Source: Epiperipatus broadwayi
Taxonomy: Eukaryota; Animalia; Onychophora
Direction: 5' to 3'
Assembly: GCA_028023455.1 (NCBI GenBank)
Contig: JAQFVV010000010.1
Span: forward strand, 16,988,001-17,052,000
DNA length: 64,000 bases
Made by a program: the position numbers and the translations under genes. Positions 13,061 through 26,420 of this stretch are shown piece by piece. How positions within the stretch are numbered: position 1 is the stretch's first letter; every line of letters begins with the position of its first letter. The notes under the pieces were generated by a model. It saw only the letters and a program-made list of their open reading frames with translations. It was not told the DNA's origin and searched no databases.

Positions 13061-14413
13061 CAATTTTTAAATATAGAAATGCATCTTAAAACAAAATTCT
13101 AAAAAGAAAAAAAAATGTAAATAGAAATTATTACAACACAAAAATTAATGTGAAAGCTATTTCATAATAAATATTTAAATTCAAATTCCCGTTACTATCA
13201 ACACAAACTTTATCCTCCAATGAATACACTAATTATTACACAATCATAAAATATTGCATGACAGAGTTACATTACAAATGCAAAATCATAAATTTTTAAA
13301 ATTCTGGAAATCTAATACATGCAGAATTTACTTTCTTACAAATTTTTTTTCTATTTCAATTTAAAAAAAGATAAAGTAATATTTTCAAACATAATTAAAG
13401 CAATTAATAATAATAAAAAAATCTTAAAATTTGTTTCAATTTAAAACTTTTTGTCAGATTCACTTAATTAACTGCTCTGATAAATTATATTTTCATTAAT
13501 TAAATATGGAATTAAATAATAACAAAAAGTTGAAGAGGTTTGAATTATTTTTAAAATAATCATTGAGTCACTTTATTTAATTGCTCTGTTTGTTCAACTG
13601 AAGTAATTAACTGAGATTTAAAAAAATAAACTTACATGACTGATTTCAGAGCTACAGTTTAAATTGCTAAAATAACATTTAATAAACAACTACACGTATT
13701 TCATTTCAGACTGAATAAAATAATTATATGGGAAATGAATGGGAGTAAAGTGCAGAACTACGCTATATTTTTCAAAGCATTAATATTTTATCCAAATTTT
13801 AGAATTTATTTTCATAATAAGAACTGAACCTTAACTACAGTAATATATTTATACATTCTAACTTCTTGTCAGTTAATATCATATTTATTGCATAAAGATT
13901 TCTTTGAGAAGTTTAGCTTATGGTGATAATAAGAGACTAAACAGCTAGAGATTCGTGAAGCAATTTCTCCTTGGAGAAAAAATATTCCGTGTCGAATGAA
14001 TGAGATTATTATGTTCTGTTTGAAACATCAAGTGCTCAAATGTCATGTGATTTCCCAGCTGAGTGCTCATACAATTTATTTATTTTTGCATAAAGGTCAT
14101 AATCAACACTGTTAGAAAATTTATTTTTGAGAGCCAGAATAAATATAGATATTTCTTTCTTCTTTTTTTCGATAAGCAAAGTTTACACAAAATTCTTAGT
14201 CATTTTTCAAAACTTGATTTTAAAAGCCTAATTAAAATAATTTAAAAATCAATAAAAAAAACAAAACATGCAATAAGGCTTTTGTATTAGTGCATTTAAT
14301 TCCAAGCCCTACTTCACCATGGATAACATAAGTTTAAAATTGTATATTGTAAACATTATTTATATATGTGTATACAATAATAAAAAAATAAAACAAGGTA
14401 GAAACATAGGCAT

Positions 14414-14831
14414 CATCATCATCATCAACCATTATCAATCCACTGCAGGATGAAGGTCTCTCCAAGTTCAATCCATCTTTTCCTATCTTTAGCTTCTCTT
14501 CTCCACATCACCCCTGCACACGTTCTTATTTCATCCATCCATCCATCCATGTGGTGTCTTTCTGGGTCTTTTACAATCTCTTGGAGTCCAGTCTTACTTA
14601 TGGATAGGAGACTTGGACACTTAATAGAAGAGCAATACAGAAACTTCAGACCACTCAAAGAAGTATAGAGAGATGCATGTTGGGAGTAACAAGAAGGGAT
14701 CGAAAACGCAATGTATGGGTAAGAGAACAAACAGCTGTTACTGACCTCATCGAAAAAATTAAAAGAGTGAAGTGGGGTTGGGCTGGACATATTGTTAGAA
14801 GAGATGATAATAGATGGACAATTGAAATTTT
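14414..14831 (-). mobile_element. RTE LINE insertion with 5' inversion (twin-priming structure)
   Basis: TSD AAACATAGGCAT at 14402-14413 and 14832-14843. 3' end with (TGA)n tail on minus 14592-14414; the immediately upstream coding part (LTYG..ERCMLG..KWGWAGH..RWTIEILN) is on plus 14593-14835. Confidence 0.92.
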
Positions 14832-15064
14832 AAACATAGGCATATATATATAGATTGAAAATATCATTCCGGGCAGAATTTTTTAAAACGGCATGAAAAT
14901 AATAATAATAATAAACCATAATTATAATAATATTTGAATAATTCATTTAAATTATAAATTAAGATTAAACTTTGTAGCTTATTCTTAATTAAATCTAATA
15001 ATTACATGTATGTGTGTAGCTGTGTGTATATATATATTACCATGTGCGGTTTAGTGCAGTGATA

Positions 15065-15560
15065 CAGTCAGACTCTAGAATGGGGCGGGCGGGTGTCCTA
15101 GAATCAATTTCGGTACTGGCACTTCTGATGCACAAACTTCTTATAAACTCTTGAGCAAACCGACATCAAATATTTATTTTATACATTTATGGGCAGAGTA
15201 TACTCTTATATATCATATTGTGTTTAAGAACAAAGATACATTATACATTATGGTTATAACAGTGGCTATTATATGGTACATTTATTTTATATATATAATG
15301 TACATAAATATTGAAAAGGGGAGGGGGACTTTGATTCTGGACATAAATAAAAGAGAGATTTATATTCTTCATTATTAAATTTTTCTTTTCTTGTGAGATG
15401 ATATCACCTTCTAGCAAGAAGATTGGTCACACATAGTTGAAGAAACTGCCTAGAAAGATTTGTGTAAAAGAATTTGGAGTAGGATTTCAAACTGTTCAAT
15501 TCACAGAGTAAAAATGTAAAATCAGTCTAATTAAAATTTTAATTGATAGTTTTTACTTTA
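15065..15560 (+). mobile_element. Possible Tigger/pogo 5' fragment
   Basis: TA-CAGTCAGACTC start resembles pogo TIRs; KEFGVGFQTV resembles the psq-type HTH. Confidence 0.33.
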
Positions 15561-16524
15561 AAAAGAAAATTAATTCTGAATTGCAAAATATGTTTTATTT
15601 TTAAATTCTCTAAGGTAAAAAAACTGCAAGGCAAACGAAAAAGAATTAGTAGTTTCATAATATCAAACACAAAATAAAGAAAACTTCTGGAACATGCCTT
15701 GTATTAATTAACCCACAATGGACTCAAATGCAACATCTTTGATAAAAATGAAAATCAACAGCAAAATTTGCTCTATAGCTATATAAATGTCTCTCTTGTA
15801 ATTAAATTCATCATAGAGATTAAACCAAAGCTATTACAAATGAGCAGTTTAAACACAATTTTGTCAATGCGAGCATACATATATGTATTGAAAAATTGTT
15901 TGTCATATTTGCCTTTTACTAGATAAATTCATAAAATATGCTATCTTATCTCTATTATTTGACTTGGATACCAAAACCCTTCATATACATAATCTTATGA
16001 AATATTTTTTCAGAAAATTTGGACACTGCCAAAAAATAATAGAATCTATAGTAACTATAATCTTTTTATTTTATTATTATTTAACAAAAATCTTTTAAAA
16101 CAAGTAGTATAATCTTGATTATGAACAAAAAAAGGCCTTTCATATTTTATCATATGAAGTTAAAATTCTATAAACATTGAATTTTATTTTTATATAAATA
16201 TTATACAACAAGAGTAATATGCATGTATACAACAACAGAATATTTCTTAGAAATATATACATTAAAGCATTTTTTTATATACTTTAAAACAAATGCTATT
16301 GAAAATTATGTATATCAATAGTATTTTTAAAGTTCATAAATATATTGTTTGTTTAAAAAATAGTACTTTATTTAAATCATTTCCGTTAAAATATGAGCAT
16401 GAATAAAAGATTAACTTAAATAAATTCATGCATACATTGTTTTTATTGCCTATGGGTAATTTTACTGCTTGAAATGAGAGTACACTTATAGTAAAATTGT
16501 AACAATCAATCCATAAGCTGTCAA

Positions 16525-16596
16525 GCATTGGTGGCTTAGCGGTTAGCATAGTTGCCTTCCAAGTAGCTGTCCCGGGTTCACTTCACGGTCAACACT
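16525..16596 (+). pseudogene. tRNA-Gly(TCC)-derived pseudogene or SINE head
   Basis: GCATTGGTGGCTTAGCGGTTAGCATAGTTGCCTTCCAAGTAGCTGTCCCGGGTTCACTTCACGGTCAACAC is colinear with metazoan tRNA-Gly-TCC; two acceptor-stem mismatches and a damaged T-loop/B box. Confidence 0.75.
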
Positions 16597-16855
16597 TTGA
16601 CATATAAAATAAAATAAAAAAAAGAATCTCAACTTGTAGTTAAGGCAACCTCCTTTGACTACAGGTAAGATTATTGATAGTTTAAGAGTTGATTGTTATC
16701 ATCTACATTTATAAACTTATTAAAACCTTGAGCATTTGACTTTATTGTCGTAGTACATATTTTTATATTGTTATATATCAGTATAATCTTGGGGCGGATA
16801 CATCATTTTGGTTCATGGATTTTATTAAAGATAAAAATGAATAAAATAGTCTGTA

Positions 16856-17251
16856 AACCACTAAACAACACACAATCACTATTTCTTATGCTAGCACAAC
16901 AGGCAAAACTTTCCATACAGTAGTGCCATTCAGTGCCAACCAGAGTAATGACTATATAAGCTATTGAGCTTAGATTGAAAATATTATTGTGTTTTCAATT
17001 TTATTCTCATAGTTTGTAGTTAAGTAGAGACAAAAGGTGGCTGCTGGAGAGTTGTATTAGATCCTAAGATCTAGGTACAGTGCTCTCAGATCCAAAGCTC
17101 CTCACTGATGAAGGACACAAGCCAGAAACTAGTTTGGGGATATTGGATGACTAGGCACTAGATAAGGATTTCATGCACAAGCCTTCTGTCTTCCATTGAT
17201 TACTTTGGTTGGCACTGAGTGGTATTACTGTATGGAGAGTTTTGCCTGTTT
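16856..17251 (+). mobile_element. Penelope-like short insert with inverted terminal module and hammerhead
   Basis: 14-bp TSD TAAAATAGTCTGTA (16842-16855, 17252-17265); 52-bp inverted repeat 16898-16949 / 17199-17250 (47/52 match). Confidence 0.75.
17099..17140 (+). ncRNA. Minimal type I hammerhead ribozyme motif
   Basis: TCCTCA-CTGATGA-AGGACACAAGCCA-GAAAC-TA-GTT-TGGGGA: 6-bp stem I, intact core, palindromic ACTAGT stem III; stem II weakened. Confidence 0.6.
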
Positions 17252-17696
17252 TAAAATAGTCTGTACTTATAAAGCTACTTTACTGAATCAAATATTGTAT
17301 GCCTAGATCCTATTGAAGATGAGAATTCCATCAATCATCTTTAAGTTGAGTATAATGTGAGAATTGAGTTACTACTTATGGATAATAGAGATAAAAAAAT
17401 TTCTTTAATTTATTGATAAAGAAAAGTGTTTCATGACATGTTTATATATATAACAGAGATGAAATTTACTTTTATTCAGTTAGTAATGTTATGAGAGACT
17501 TGTGTATTATAAACATAAAGATTTTATATACAGTAGAGATGTGAGATTCCTGTTGTTTTATCAGTTGATACAGATAAATTCCAAATCTTGTGTTTACAGT
17601 AGAGTTAATTAACTCCTTGCCCTAAATTATGTGCCATAAATAATATTCCTTTCTACATGAAATCTTAATAATTTTTGTAATATTTTATTATTTTAG

Positions 17697-17745
17697 ATAT
17701 ATTTATTTCCAAAAAGAGATGAGTTTGCTCATATTAAACACTGCA
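17697..17745 (+). CDS. Candidate 49-nt exon (IYLFPKRDEFAHIKHC)
   Basis: tattttattattttag acceptor, GTAAGA donor, open phase 0 to phase 1; phase-compatible with 18217. Confidence 0.45.
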
Positions 17746-18216
17746 GTAAGATAAATAATATGCACTGTTTATTATGATATATTTATAACTAATTTGGAAT
17801 GATCTTTTCATATAAGTGAATGGTCATGATATATTTAAATCATTTCTCTTTTCAAATTCTTAAGCTATTATTTATTATGAAAAATAAGAATTTTATTATT
17901 GTTTTGAATCATAACTTAAAAACATTAATAACTACTATTTACAATTAATTTTTGTTGTTGTTGACTAAATTTTGTTATTTAAAATTTAAAGAGTCAGTGT
18001 CTTCTATAATGAATAGTCAATTTAGCTTTTAAGTTTCATGCTGCTGAAGTGAACTTAATGTTGCCTTCATATTGTTGGAAGAGATGATTGTAAACATGCA
18101 TTTAATGATTTAAGAGATAGGAATATGCATATAAAATTATTGGATAATATAACATTTAAATGGAAAATGCAATGATTTGAATAAGTATCTAATGTATTCT
18201 TTTGATGAATTTCTAG

Positions 18217-18296
18217 TTTATCAGATTAATTATCCATATGGTGAGGGATCTGAGGTTCATTTCTTAGAAGCTACTGGTTTTCAAGATAACACTTAA
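18217..18296 (+). CDS. Candidate terminal coding exon (IYQINYPYGEGSEVHFLEATGFQDNT*)
   Basis: ttctag acceptor, phase-1 start, TAA at 18294-18296; an alternative donor G|GTGAGG exists at 18241. Confidence 0.45.
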
Positions 18297-19519
18297 AATT
18301 GATACTTCATGATATATCCTATGACGTAAAAGGGTCTATTATTTTATATTTAATTTATTATTATTATTGAATTGGGTTGATAATAATTAATATACATGCA
18401 TATAGTTTATGAAAATGGCTACCTTTTATTACCTATACATATTAGTTATTTTTATTCTAAGAAGAAATTGCAGAAACAGATCACCTTTCATAATTTCACT
18501 AAGAGTCAATATATAAATCTCTATATAAAAATCATACTAAAATAATCATTATTTATGTTCCCATAAACGGATTTATCTCCTAATCTGACCCCTGAGTTTG
18601 AATCTCCAAGCATGTCCTCTTCCTCATCTAACAACCAGTTCATAAAATTAGTTCTGCCAAGCCATGGCTTCATCTACATTCCATAATCATAACCTTAAAC
18701 TATGAATATATTATGGCCACTCAACATGGTACAAATCTGAAAAGAAGATACTGTAAATAAAAGAATAATAATTTAATAATATTTTTTAATATATTAAGAT
18801 ATCAACAAAAATGGCCATGAAAGAATAAAATATTAATCATTTTCTTTACTCTTTTTGTGATGAAAATTAGTGATGATAAAATGCATAAGATACATTATTT
18901 GAGTGATATTAAATTAGAACTAAAAATTTCAAGACCAAGATTGCTTTACATATAAAAATAATTTGCTCAGTGGAGAATGTAACATTTTGTGATCAAGGAC
19001 GTAGCGTAGCGTATACAAAGTGAACAGAAACTAAAATTTTACATTTCAAGTCATTTCTAATTATATTTTTTAAACTGCAAGTAAGTGAATCAATGAGTTT
19101 AGAAATAAAAATCCCATTGTATATCTCAGCTATTCTTATTTACACAAAACTGTCAGATTAAAATGTATAAAAAATGCAAATTAATTGGATTAAAATGGAA
19201 ACAATGAAAAAAAAATAGACAAGGGATTGCCTCCATATTCACGCCTTAAGTAAAGACAAAAGCATTACTCACTTAGTTCTTAAAACTATTATTTTGAAAA
19301 ATTTACTTATTTTTCATTTTCAAGTCTTTATGTTATCACATAATAAATGCATTACTATATATTTAATTGTTTTAATAAGTAAATATTGGAAAGAAAAAAG
19401 GTTCAATTTCAAATTCTAATAGAGTACACTTTTACAGATAAAGTCACACAAACAAACAATTTTAGTGTCTCTTCAATAATTTTTAAAAGCAAAAAAAATA
19501 ATAATTGCAAATTATTAAA

Positions 19520-21695
19520 CTAAAGTAAAATATCAAATAGTAACAATAATACTTTTGCAAACTTAATGAATTTTTGATCCATTGTTTTCCAAGGAACCAG
19601 AACAGAAGTCTATTAAAAATTACAAATAAAAAAAACAATTTAATATTACATAAAATATAACTTAGCTGTTAGTTTCCAGTAAAATTCTGACATAATTCAA
19701 AGTATTCTATATTTATAGTTTACAAATTATAGAGACAAAAATTATTAAGAAAAATGATATTCCTAACCTTCAATAACAATCGGATAAATTTAAATTAGAA
19801 TTTGCAAACTACTTTAAAATATTAACAGATTTTGAAGATGGTCCAGATTTGAACAAAAACAATAGGAAGAAAACTGATACACTATTAAAAACTGCAATAA
19901 GAATGGCAGATATAAAAAATGAACAATTGACCATGAAAATTTCTACTGAGACAAGAGAATTTATAAAAAAAAGAAGGAATATGAAATATATAAAAATGAT
20001 CCATTAAAAAGGATTGAATATCTAAAATTTTGTAGAATTAATAATGATATAATAAAATGTAATTGTGAATTAGCAAGGAAAACTATAGAAGTGAATAAAA
20101 GTCTCAAACATGCAAAATAACATTCTACTATTGGTAGGAAATTTATTTCTGCAATACAAAAAAAGATAGAACTATTAATAAAGAGAGAGATGACATCATG
20201 ATATGTGTGGAAGTTTTATAAAAAATCATAGAGCAATAAAGATCAAGGAAAAGTATCCACTACAATTACTACATCTTCTGAATTGCCCAGCATTTTGCAA
20301 TTACATTTATGAAGAAGAGGAAATCTCTCGGTAATAATGGAATAATAATCAATATCTTAAAAAAAAGCAAGTGAAGAAATAAAAAACTGTTGGAAAAATT
20401 ATATACCAAATGTCTCAATAATAAGATGTACCAAATGATTGTAAGAATGCAGTATATTAATATTGATATTTTAAAAAGGAGATAAAGAAGATATTAGAAA
20501 TTACAGACCTATTAGTTTTTTATCTGTTTCATATAAAATTATTATAAAGGCAATTCCAACTTGTCTAGTGAACTTTGGATTTTAACCAACCAAAAGAATA
20601 AGCTGAACTTAAAAGTGATTTTAGTACAATGGATCATATCCAAGTATTGAGAGAAGTTATAGAAAAGACCAATAAATATGCATTGCCATTATGCTTTGGA
20701 TTTGTAGATTATTAAAAGGCATTTGATTCTATAAAGTATTCTTTAGTATTTAAACCATTGGATCATCAAGATTTATCAAATACAGCAACAATGATCAGAT
20801 TATATAATGATACTAAGAAGATTAACTTTGACAACAGTATACAATAGGGTGACTCCATATCTCCAAAACTTTTTACAGGAGTTTTGCAAAAAGTATTTTT
20901 TGAGGATTAAAATGGGAAGTTAAAGTAATAAAAGTAAAGAGATTATTTAAGTCATCTAGATTTTACAGATGATGTAATTGATTTTGCAAACAATGTTTCA
21001 GAGCTTCACGAAATCTTGCAAGAGTTATTCAATGAATGTAAAAAAATAGGTCTAAAGACAAATGCTAAAAAGACTAAAATAATGTTCAATGGATTTTCTC
21101 AAAAGAAAAAATAAAGAGTGATAATGATGAATTAGAAGTTAACAATTACAAATACCTTGGTTAGATTATTAATACAAATGGAAACATAATAGATGAAATT
21201 AATAATAGAATTAAACTAGTTAAAATGTTTTTGGTAGAAATAATATTAAAAGGAAATATGTTTCTGAAAAGTTTTTTAATAAATATGTTTTACCAATTCA
21301 TAGAATCTTGGTCACTTAACAAAAGAACAATATAGAGGTTTTTGATCATTTAATGAAATATAGAAAAATAAATTTTAGAAATAACAAGAAAGAATCGAAA
21401 ATGAAATACATGGATCACAGAACCAACAGATGTTACTGACATCATTGAAAGAATTAAGAAACGAAAGTAAAGTGGGTTGGATATATTGCTAAAAGAGATG
21501 ATTAGTAGATGGACAATAAAAATCATAAACTGGATTCCAAGAGATTTAAAAGACCTGGAAAAAAATCATATATGAGATAAATAAAGACGAGTACATTGGG
21601 GTGATGTGGAGAAAAAAGGCTAGAGATTGAAGAAAGTGGATTAAATATGGAGAGACTTTCATCCTGCCATGGATCACTAATGGTTGAAAATGATG
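19520..21695 (+). mobile_element. RTE-clade LINE, long decayed copy (APE-RT-3' end)
   Basis: DIRNYRPISFLSV, STMDHIQVLREVIEK, LCFGFVDY*KAFD, GDSISPKLF, DFTDDV, YKYLG, WIPRD; same family as 2690-3950 and 14414-14831. Confidence 0.92.
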
Positions 21696-22610
21696 AAATA
21701 TGTAATTTTAATATTATACTATTTACATATCAATTACAATAATTAAATAACATTACTTTTTTAATAAATAATCTTATCTAATCAATTAATATATTCTAAA
21801 AAAGAACTTCTTTAACATTAAAATAAAAAAGTAAATAGTTCAGACAACAAATTAAAAAATCCTCCTTTTAAGAACAGTTAAATGAAAAAAGGTTAGGGGA
21901 AGGGGGGGGGGCAAATTTTTAATTAAAAAAAGCAATAGATTATCTCTGAATTATAAGAATGCATATATAATTTTTTTTTTTTAAAGCTTTTATTTAGATT
22001 ACAAACTCTATTGGTGATATTTTGAAATTGAGATTTTAATACGTAATAAATATGACACTAAAATATTTTAGGTATGTTTCCTGGTTTCTTAAATCTAAAG
22101 AAGTTGGCTGATAAAAAATTCAAATATTTTGATATCAAATACATTCATATCACTTCAATAAGTTTTCAGTAATGTATTCTAGAGAGTGATATATATATTT
22201 AAAAAAAACTACTTTAAACAGTATTTTAAAATCTTGATTATAAAACTATATTGTAAATAAACTTTATTTAATATATATGATTTTACTTTCAATCTTAACA
22301 CTGAAAAATAATAGATATAAAAAAATATTTTATAATAAATACTTTTATTTATTTACTTTGAACTAAAAGCCCAGAAAATAACATTTTTTCAACCACAGTT
22401 GGGTTTTTTTTTATATTTATCTTGAAATAAAAGCATGGTGGGTCCAGAAATTAATTAAGTTAATCCCTATTTTTTACATAAAAATTGACTGTAAACTGAA
22501 TTATTGATGAATAAGCAATTATTTTGTGTGTTTTTAGTCTAAAGTAAATCAGTGAAAGCATTTATTGTAAAATATTTTTGGGTACTTATATATTAGACTG
22601 GCTATCTATA

Positions 22611-22783
22611 TTTGTGATGGCAAATGCCGTATTAAAAAGTCACATTTTTACCAATATAAAAAGTATAAATTTGTACACAGAAATAATACACAATTATATA
22701 AGCAATATATAATAATAAACACATTAAACTAAATAAAAACAGGCAGTTGGTAACTTTTTAATACAGCATTCTGCTATCACAAA
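22611..22783. mobile_element. 173-bp MITE-like inverted repeat
   Basis: TTTGTGATGGCAAATGCCGTATTAAAAAGT (22611-22640) versus rc of 22753-22783 TTTGTGATAGCAGAATGCTGTATTAAAAAGT; no TSD seen. Confidence 0.55.
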
Positions 22784-25219
22784 CACCAGCCTCCACTGGA
22801 GAAAGATACAGCATTCTAACATTGTAAACACACGCAGCAGGTCTAATACATAAGTACCTTTTTTAAAATAACTAATATTTGAAAATTAAATAAAAATGTG
22901 ATTTCAAATTTAAAAAAACAAAACTATCTACATGGTAAAATACTGCATTATGGCTATGATTTGTCAATGACAGATCTTAAAAAATAACAGTTTGAAAAAC
23001 AATGGGTCCGTTAAAACATATTTTGGAACTAAAGCAGATAGTACATGTGGCAAAAAATAAATCTGTATGGATCAAAAATTTACACATATTTTTCTTATCA
23101 AATTTAAAAGTAATTTTGCTTATCATTCCACTTTTTGGATAATACTGTAAACTGTCTTTGAGGTCTGAGTGTATATTATTTTTACAAAGTATTATTTTTT
23201 TATAATAATTTTTATAAAATGAATAATATTACAATTTGTTTAATTACCAAAATTCTTTAATTTTTCAAACCGTTCTTTGTGATTTGGATAAATCCTATTT
23301 CATTTCTTACAAAAATCTGAATACTTTAATACATGTATAAATATGTCATAAAGGAGCAATACTATTAATCTGGCACACCCAATTCTTCCCTGTTTAGAAA
23401 AAAAAATCTACAAAATTCCTCTCCCTATCCATTTTAAACATTTAGTGTGTTTAAATCCCAATTAGATTGCTGCTGGTAATTTAAATAAATATTAAATGTA
23501 AATAAAATATTAATTATATATATGTAAGCAAAAAACTAATACTGAATAAAGTTGGCTGATTAAGTCTCATTCTTTTTTCTTCCCTAAAATCTATTTTTAT
23601 AAATTGTTAAAATATTGCAAATTTTACACCATCTCTGAGTTAGAGATAAATATTTTTTTTCCTCGATTATTAAAAAAAATTTCCTGACTTTATTAAATGC
23701 TATAGAAAATTTATTTTATTTTTTTTTAATAAATGAAAGTACAACTGGTCAAAAAACAAAATAGAAACATGGCTTTCACATAAGTTAATTTATAGATGTT
23801 TGATTTAAATATATTTTTGCTTAAACTTAATTTTAAAATGTTTATGTATTTGTAAAAAAAATAAAAAAATGTTACTTAAGTAAATCCTAATGTATAATAA
23901 AATATAATATGGAGGTTGAGAGAATTTAAAAGACTGCTTAATAATTTTATCTAAATGATAGAAGTTGATATGAGTCAGATTAATGAAATTTTAATTCTAC
24001 ATCATATTATTCAAAACAGTCAATCACAAAAATATATTCATTTATACCAATGTGTGCTTTTATAAGTATATATGATAATTTGGGATGAGCTCTACCATGA
24101 GGGAATCATCCAGCCATAATTATTCAAATTTTATAAATTATTCTAACACTTTAGGTTTTATAATAATCACAACAACACCATTCTTCCATCACAAACACTC
24201 CCACCCCCACTGGATAAAGGTATGCATTCTACCATTGCAAACATGGACAGCAAAATTATTATCAAAACCTAAAGTGCTATAATTCGCAAAGTTAGAATAC
24301 TTATGGCCGGACGATTATGTCATGGCAGGACTAATCCCAAAGAATGGAATATACATTTCAGATAAATCTAGCATATTGTTTAAAAAATTATATTTTCAAT
24401 GAATGTAAGAACTGATATATGAATAATAAAGTTTAAATAAATTATAATATTTATTTAACTAACTTTCTTGTATTTTTGGATCTTGCAAGATTAAATTTGA
24501 AAATATCAGAATCACAGAAACTGATTGGAATTTTTTTTAAAGAAATTTTTTTTCTTCTTTTTTTTTTTTAAAAAAAAAAGACTGCTGGCATTTTTTCAAA
24601 AATGCACAAAGATGCTAATTCTATATGGTTGTAATTGGCTAAATATTACTCAAGTGAATGTAGTAAAAACAAATTACTTTGATAATAAAAAAAAAACCCT
24701 CTCTTCCTTTCTTTGACCATTCATCAATAAAATGCTGGTGTTTAAATTAGATATTTATAAAAGTGCAGGCACCAAAAAAGTGTAAAACATTGTATGCAAA
24801 TTTATTAAGTATATATTATAAATATAAATATTTTAATTGCAAATTATATTAATCATGTAGTGCAATGAAATTTAATAGCATATTCTTTAATCTTTATTTC
24901 ATTAATTACTAAAAGTTACATAAATTATCTACAATAGAATTGTAATATGTTATAATTTGTTCTATGGTATTTTGTTGCTACACTTTGAGTACAATATTAT
25001 ATGTATCATTTATTAAACAGCAAGTGTACGGCACTTTTCAACAAGCACATACATAAATTAAGATTATAATATAAAGTTTTAAAAATAATAATATAGTTAT
25101 TAATAAAAAAAAAATTGAGGGATTCATTCACTGTGTATTCACGCGTTAACATTCATTCAAAAACTCATAATTAAATATACATTGGCCAATATCCTTTTTC
25201 TACAAAACCTTTTTTTTTG

Positions 25220-26420
25220 TATGTATGCAAACGTAATAAGTCTCATCATAGCTCACCTAGCCTTTAAATAAATGAGCTAGTCTAGATCTTGTCTTATCTA
25301 GATCAGATTGAGAATATTCATCACCTTGAACCAATATGTATACAAATAGATAATGCATAGCCAATTGTAAGAATGATGATGATGCTCACTGAATCTGAAT
25401 ATTTCCATTACAAATGGGAATCTGACAATAAATAGCCCAGCTTTTTCAAAATAGGATCAGGGAACTACTATCACAAAGCTGAAAGGTAAAATCCACATTC
25501 TCTCAGAGAACTATTGTCATTGAGCTGAAAGAGAGAATATATGTTCTCCAAGTAACAGCTGTCAAGAAAAATGGTAGATGAAGCGAGTATGTCTATGTAG
25601 AGGGCTGGAAACTGCTAGAACCAAATCCTGATATGAGGCAAGCTGTCAAGACAGCCAGAAGGATCACTAGACCTACCCATGAGTTAGGTTCTCATAATAC
25701 AGCTGAAAAGTGATAGGAAACTAGAGCATATAAAATTCCTTTTTCCAAAAGTTCTTCCTAGAACTAGAGCTATATCTCGCCTATGGAGTACAACCACTGT
25801 AAATGTGTGAGTGTATATTTGTTTTCATGTATTATTAATAAATATAAAATATATTTACATGAATTTGTGCTTATATATAATCATAATAAATACAACAGCT
25901 TGATCTGGCCTAACATGAAAATTAGCCAAGCTACAAGGATTGAGTACTCTTCTCCTGGAGGCTAATCAAATCAAAAAGCCAGAGTTAAAATCAGCAACTC
26001 TTGTCTCTGTCACTGAACTGCAGACTTACAAGATTCACAGTCCACTCCCCCCCCCCATGCTTCCAGCTAATCTTGATTTTAACAAAGGATAGTCTCTACT
26101 CACAAATTTTTTCTGCCCAACATCCTGATGATAATGCAGAGATATCATTTCAATCATTGCAAACAAGGAGAAGGGAGAAAAGCTAGAGATTTTGCTGTTA
26201 AAATAAGAAAATGAATCCCAAAATGCAATTTAAAAACTTCCTCAAAACTCAGCAGAGAGATCGATTTATTTGGGGAATAAGAGATCATAACCTTAGGTCA
26301 TGCTCCTAATGGACCCTGATACATATTTGATTCAGCTGTCTCTCAAGCAACCCAAGTGGAGTCAAGCAAGTCCATTAAAGAAAATGGAGCATTCAAACAG
26401 ATGTCAATAAAAAACACTGC
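25220..26420 (+). mobile_element. Gypsy LTR retrotransposon 5' relic: probable LTR plus gag fragment
   Basis: gag motifs RYHFNHCKQGEG..FAVKIRK and RDRFIWGIRD..LR..LL; LTR-like block with TATA/AATAAA ending ATAAATACAACA at 25897. The LTR start is approximate. Confidence 0.65.

Noticed and set aside
13880-14110. Second mariner fragment
   Set aside because: Only vague similarity; no TIR or clear catalytic motif.
14425-14790. 121-aa novel ORF
   Set aside because: A by-product of the RTE inversion: half antisense read-through, half RTE C-terminus.
24085-24282. Host exon (24152-24219) or ORF
   Set aside because: Ambiguous: the LDKG motif could equally be a decayed Penelope ADKG region; no partner exon.
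26120-26165. Hammerhead at CTGATGA
   Set aside because: No GAAA or stem I; the sequence is explained as Gypsy gag coding (ILMIMQRYHF).
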